Positions 63,524 through 64,000 of a DNA stretch of 64,000 bases are shown piece by piece. A model generated the notes under the pieces. That model ran no database searches. It saw only the letters and a list, made by a program, of their open reading frames with translations, and was not told the origin of the DNA. The translations under genes and the position numbers were made by a program. This DNA is from an uncultured Planctomycetota bacterium (GTDB lineage Bacteria; Planctomycetota; Planctomycetia; Pirellulales; Lacipirellulaceae). Position 1 is the first letter of the stretch; every line of letters begins with the position of its first letter. The stretch is taken from the NCBI GenBank assembly GCA_963719315.1, contig CAVRBU010000001.1, positions 288,001 to 352,000 of the forward strand, written 5' to 3'.

Positions 63524-63567
63524 CTGAAAATCCTGGTGTCGGCGGTTCGATCCCGCCCCTGTCCATT
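63524..63567 (+). repeat. attR core (3' part of tRNA-Phe, 44 bp)
   Basis: CTGAAAATCCTGGTGTCGGCGGTTCGATCCCGCCCCTGTCCATT, identical to 51955-51998. Confidence 0.95.
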
Positions 63568-63842
63568 CGCCGTCCCCGACCTTAATCTTACGGTACAAGC
63601 GGATCGAGGTGAACACTTGGCTGGAAAGCCAAGTGGTTGCCGCTCGTCGAGTGGATCAGGGAGAACAGAAATCGAGCCGAGCGATTCGAGTGGGGCGTGA
63701 CGCATCAACGGGAGCTATTCTTGCCCCGCAAGGTGGGATATCGAGAATAGTGACACTCGGTTTTGGGCGTTTGGCCGCTTGGAAGCACGTCGCGTCATCC
63801 GCCGCGCATCTTTATGGCGGGCATAGGCCATTGCACCAGCCG

Positions 63843-64000
63843 CTAAATTCCGCCGTGCACCACGAACAAGAGGATGCCTAAGAAGTGGCAGGCGCTGCCC
63901 GCAATTACGCATAGGTGCCAAATGGCGTGATAATGGCGGACACGATGATCTCGCATTAGAAAATACGTGCCGATCGTGTAGAACACGCCGCCGGCAATGA
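63843..64000 (-). CDS. Hemolysin III / PAQR family membrane protein, 3' end (partial)
   Basis: Manual translation GGVFYTIGTYF...YHAIWHLCVIAGSACHF...stop. Confidence 0.85.
   Translation of the reverse strand, partial: IAGGVFYTIGTYFLMRDHRVRHYHAIWHLCVIAGSACHFLGILLFVVHGGI

Larger units (their letters stand above)
51955..63567. mobile_element. tRNA-Phe-integrated PICI-like phage satellite
   Basis: 44-bp att repeats; integrase, HTH genes, helicase, terS and major capsid; no recognisable terL, portal, tail or lysis genes. Confidence 0.8.

Noticed and set aside
63524..63567. Second tRNA-Phe gene
   Set aside because: Only the 3' 44 bp are present, with no D arm or 5' acceptor strand; it is attR.
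51955..63567. Complete prophage or capsid-forming PICI
   Set aside because: No recognisable large terminase, portal, protease, head-tail connector, tail or lysis gene lies between the att sites.

Overview
This is a GC-rich bacterial chromosomal window, very likely from a planctomycete (Pirellulales-like). The evidence is a DUF1553/DUF1501 gene pair, PVC-type heme-binding proteins, a DUF1580-like HTH protein and a planctomycete-style Ser/Thr kinase. Positions 1-51.9 kb hold mostly core and accessory genes: hydrolases, cytochrome-c-domain proteins, an MFS transporter, three tandem DUF4139 paralogues, futalosine-pathway mqnA/mqnC, a NatAB-like ABC transporter, transketolase, two type II TA pairs, Maf, RluA, a kinase and an uncharacterised five-gene envelope operon. 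This part also carries an IS66 inside a Uma2 gene, two near-identical IS5 copies inserted at gene ends, a 141-bp MITE, several REP-like families and many 7-8-nt tandem-repeat hairpins, some of them in-frame inside enzymes. The main discovery is an 11.6-kb element (about 10.0 kb without its IS) integrated at tRNA-Phe and bounded by a 44-bp direct repeat. It encodes a tyrosine integrase, a DUF1580-like HTH, a DnaB-N/AAA helicase with a downstream iteron-like origin, a small terminase and an HK97-type major capsid protein split by an IS1182-like element, but no recognisable portal, large terminase, tail or lysis gene. It therefore looks like a PICI-like phage satellite, and it carries a HigB-HigA-SecB-like toxin-antitoxin-chaperone module as cargo. 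About a dozen single-base frameshifts, including in tkt and mqnA, are most likely long-read assembly errors. All family assignments come from motif recognition by eye, not database searches.
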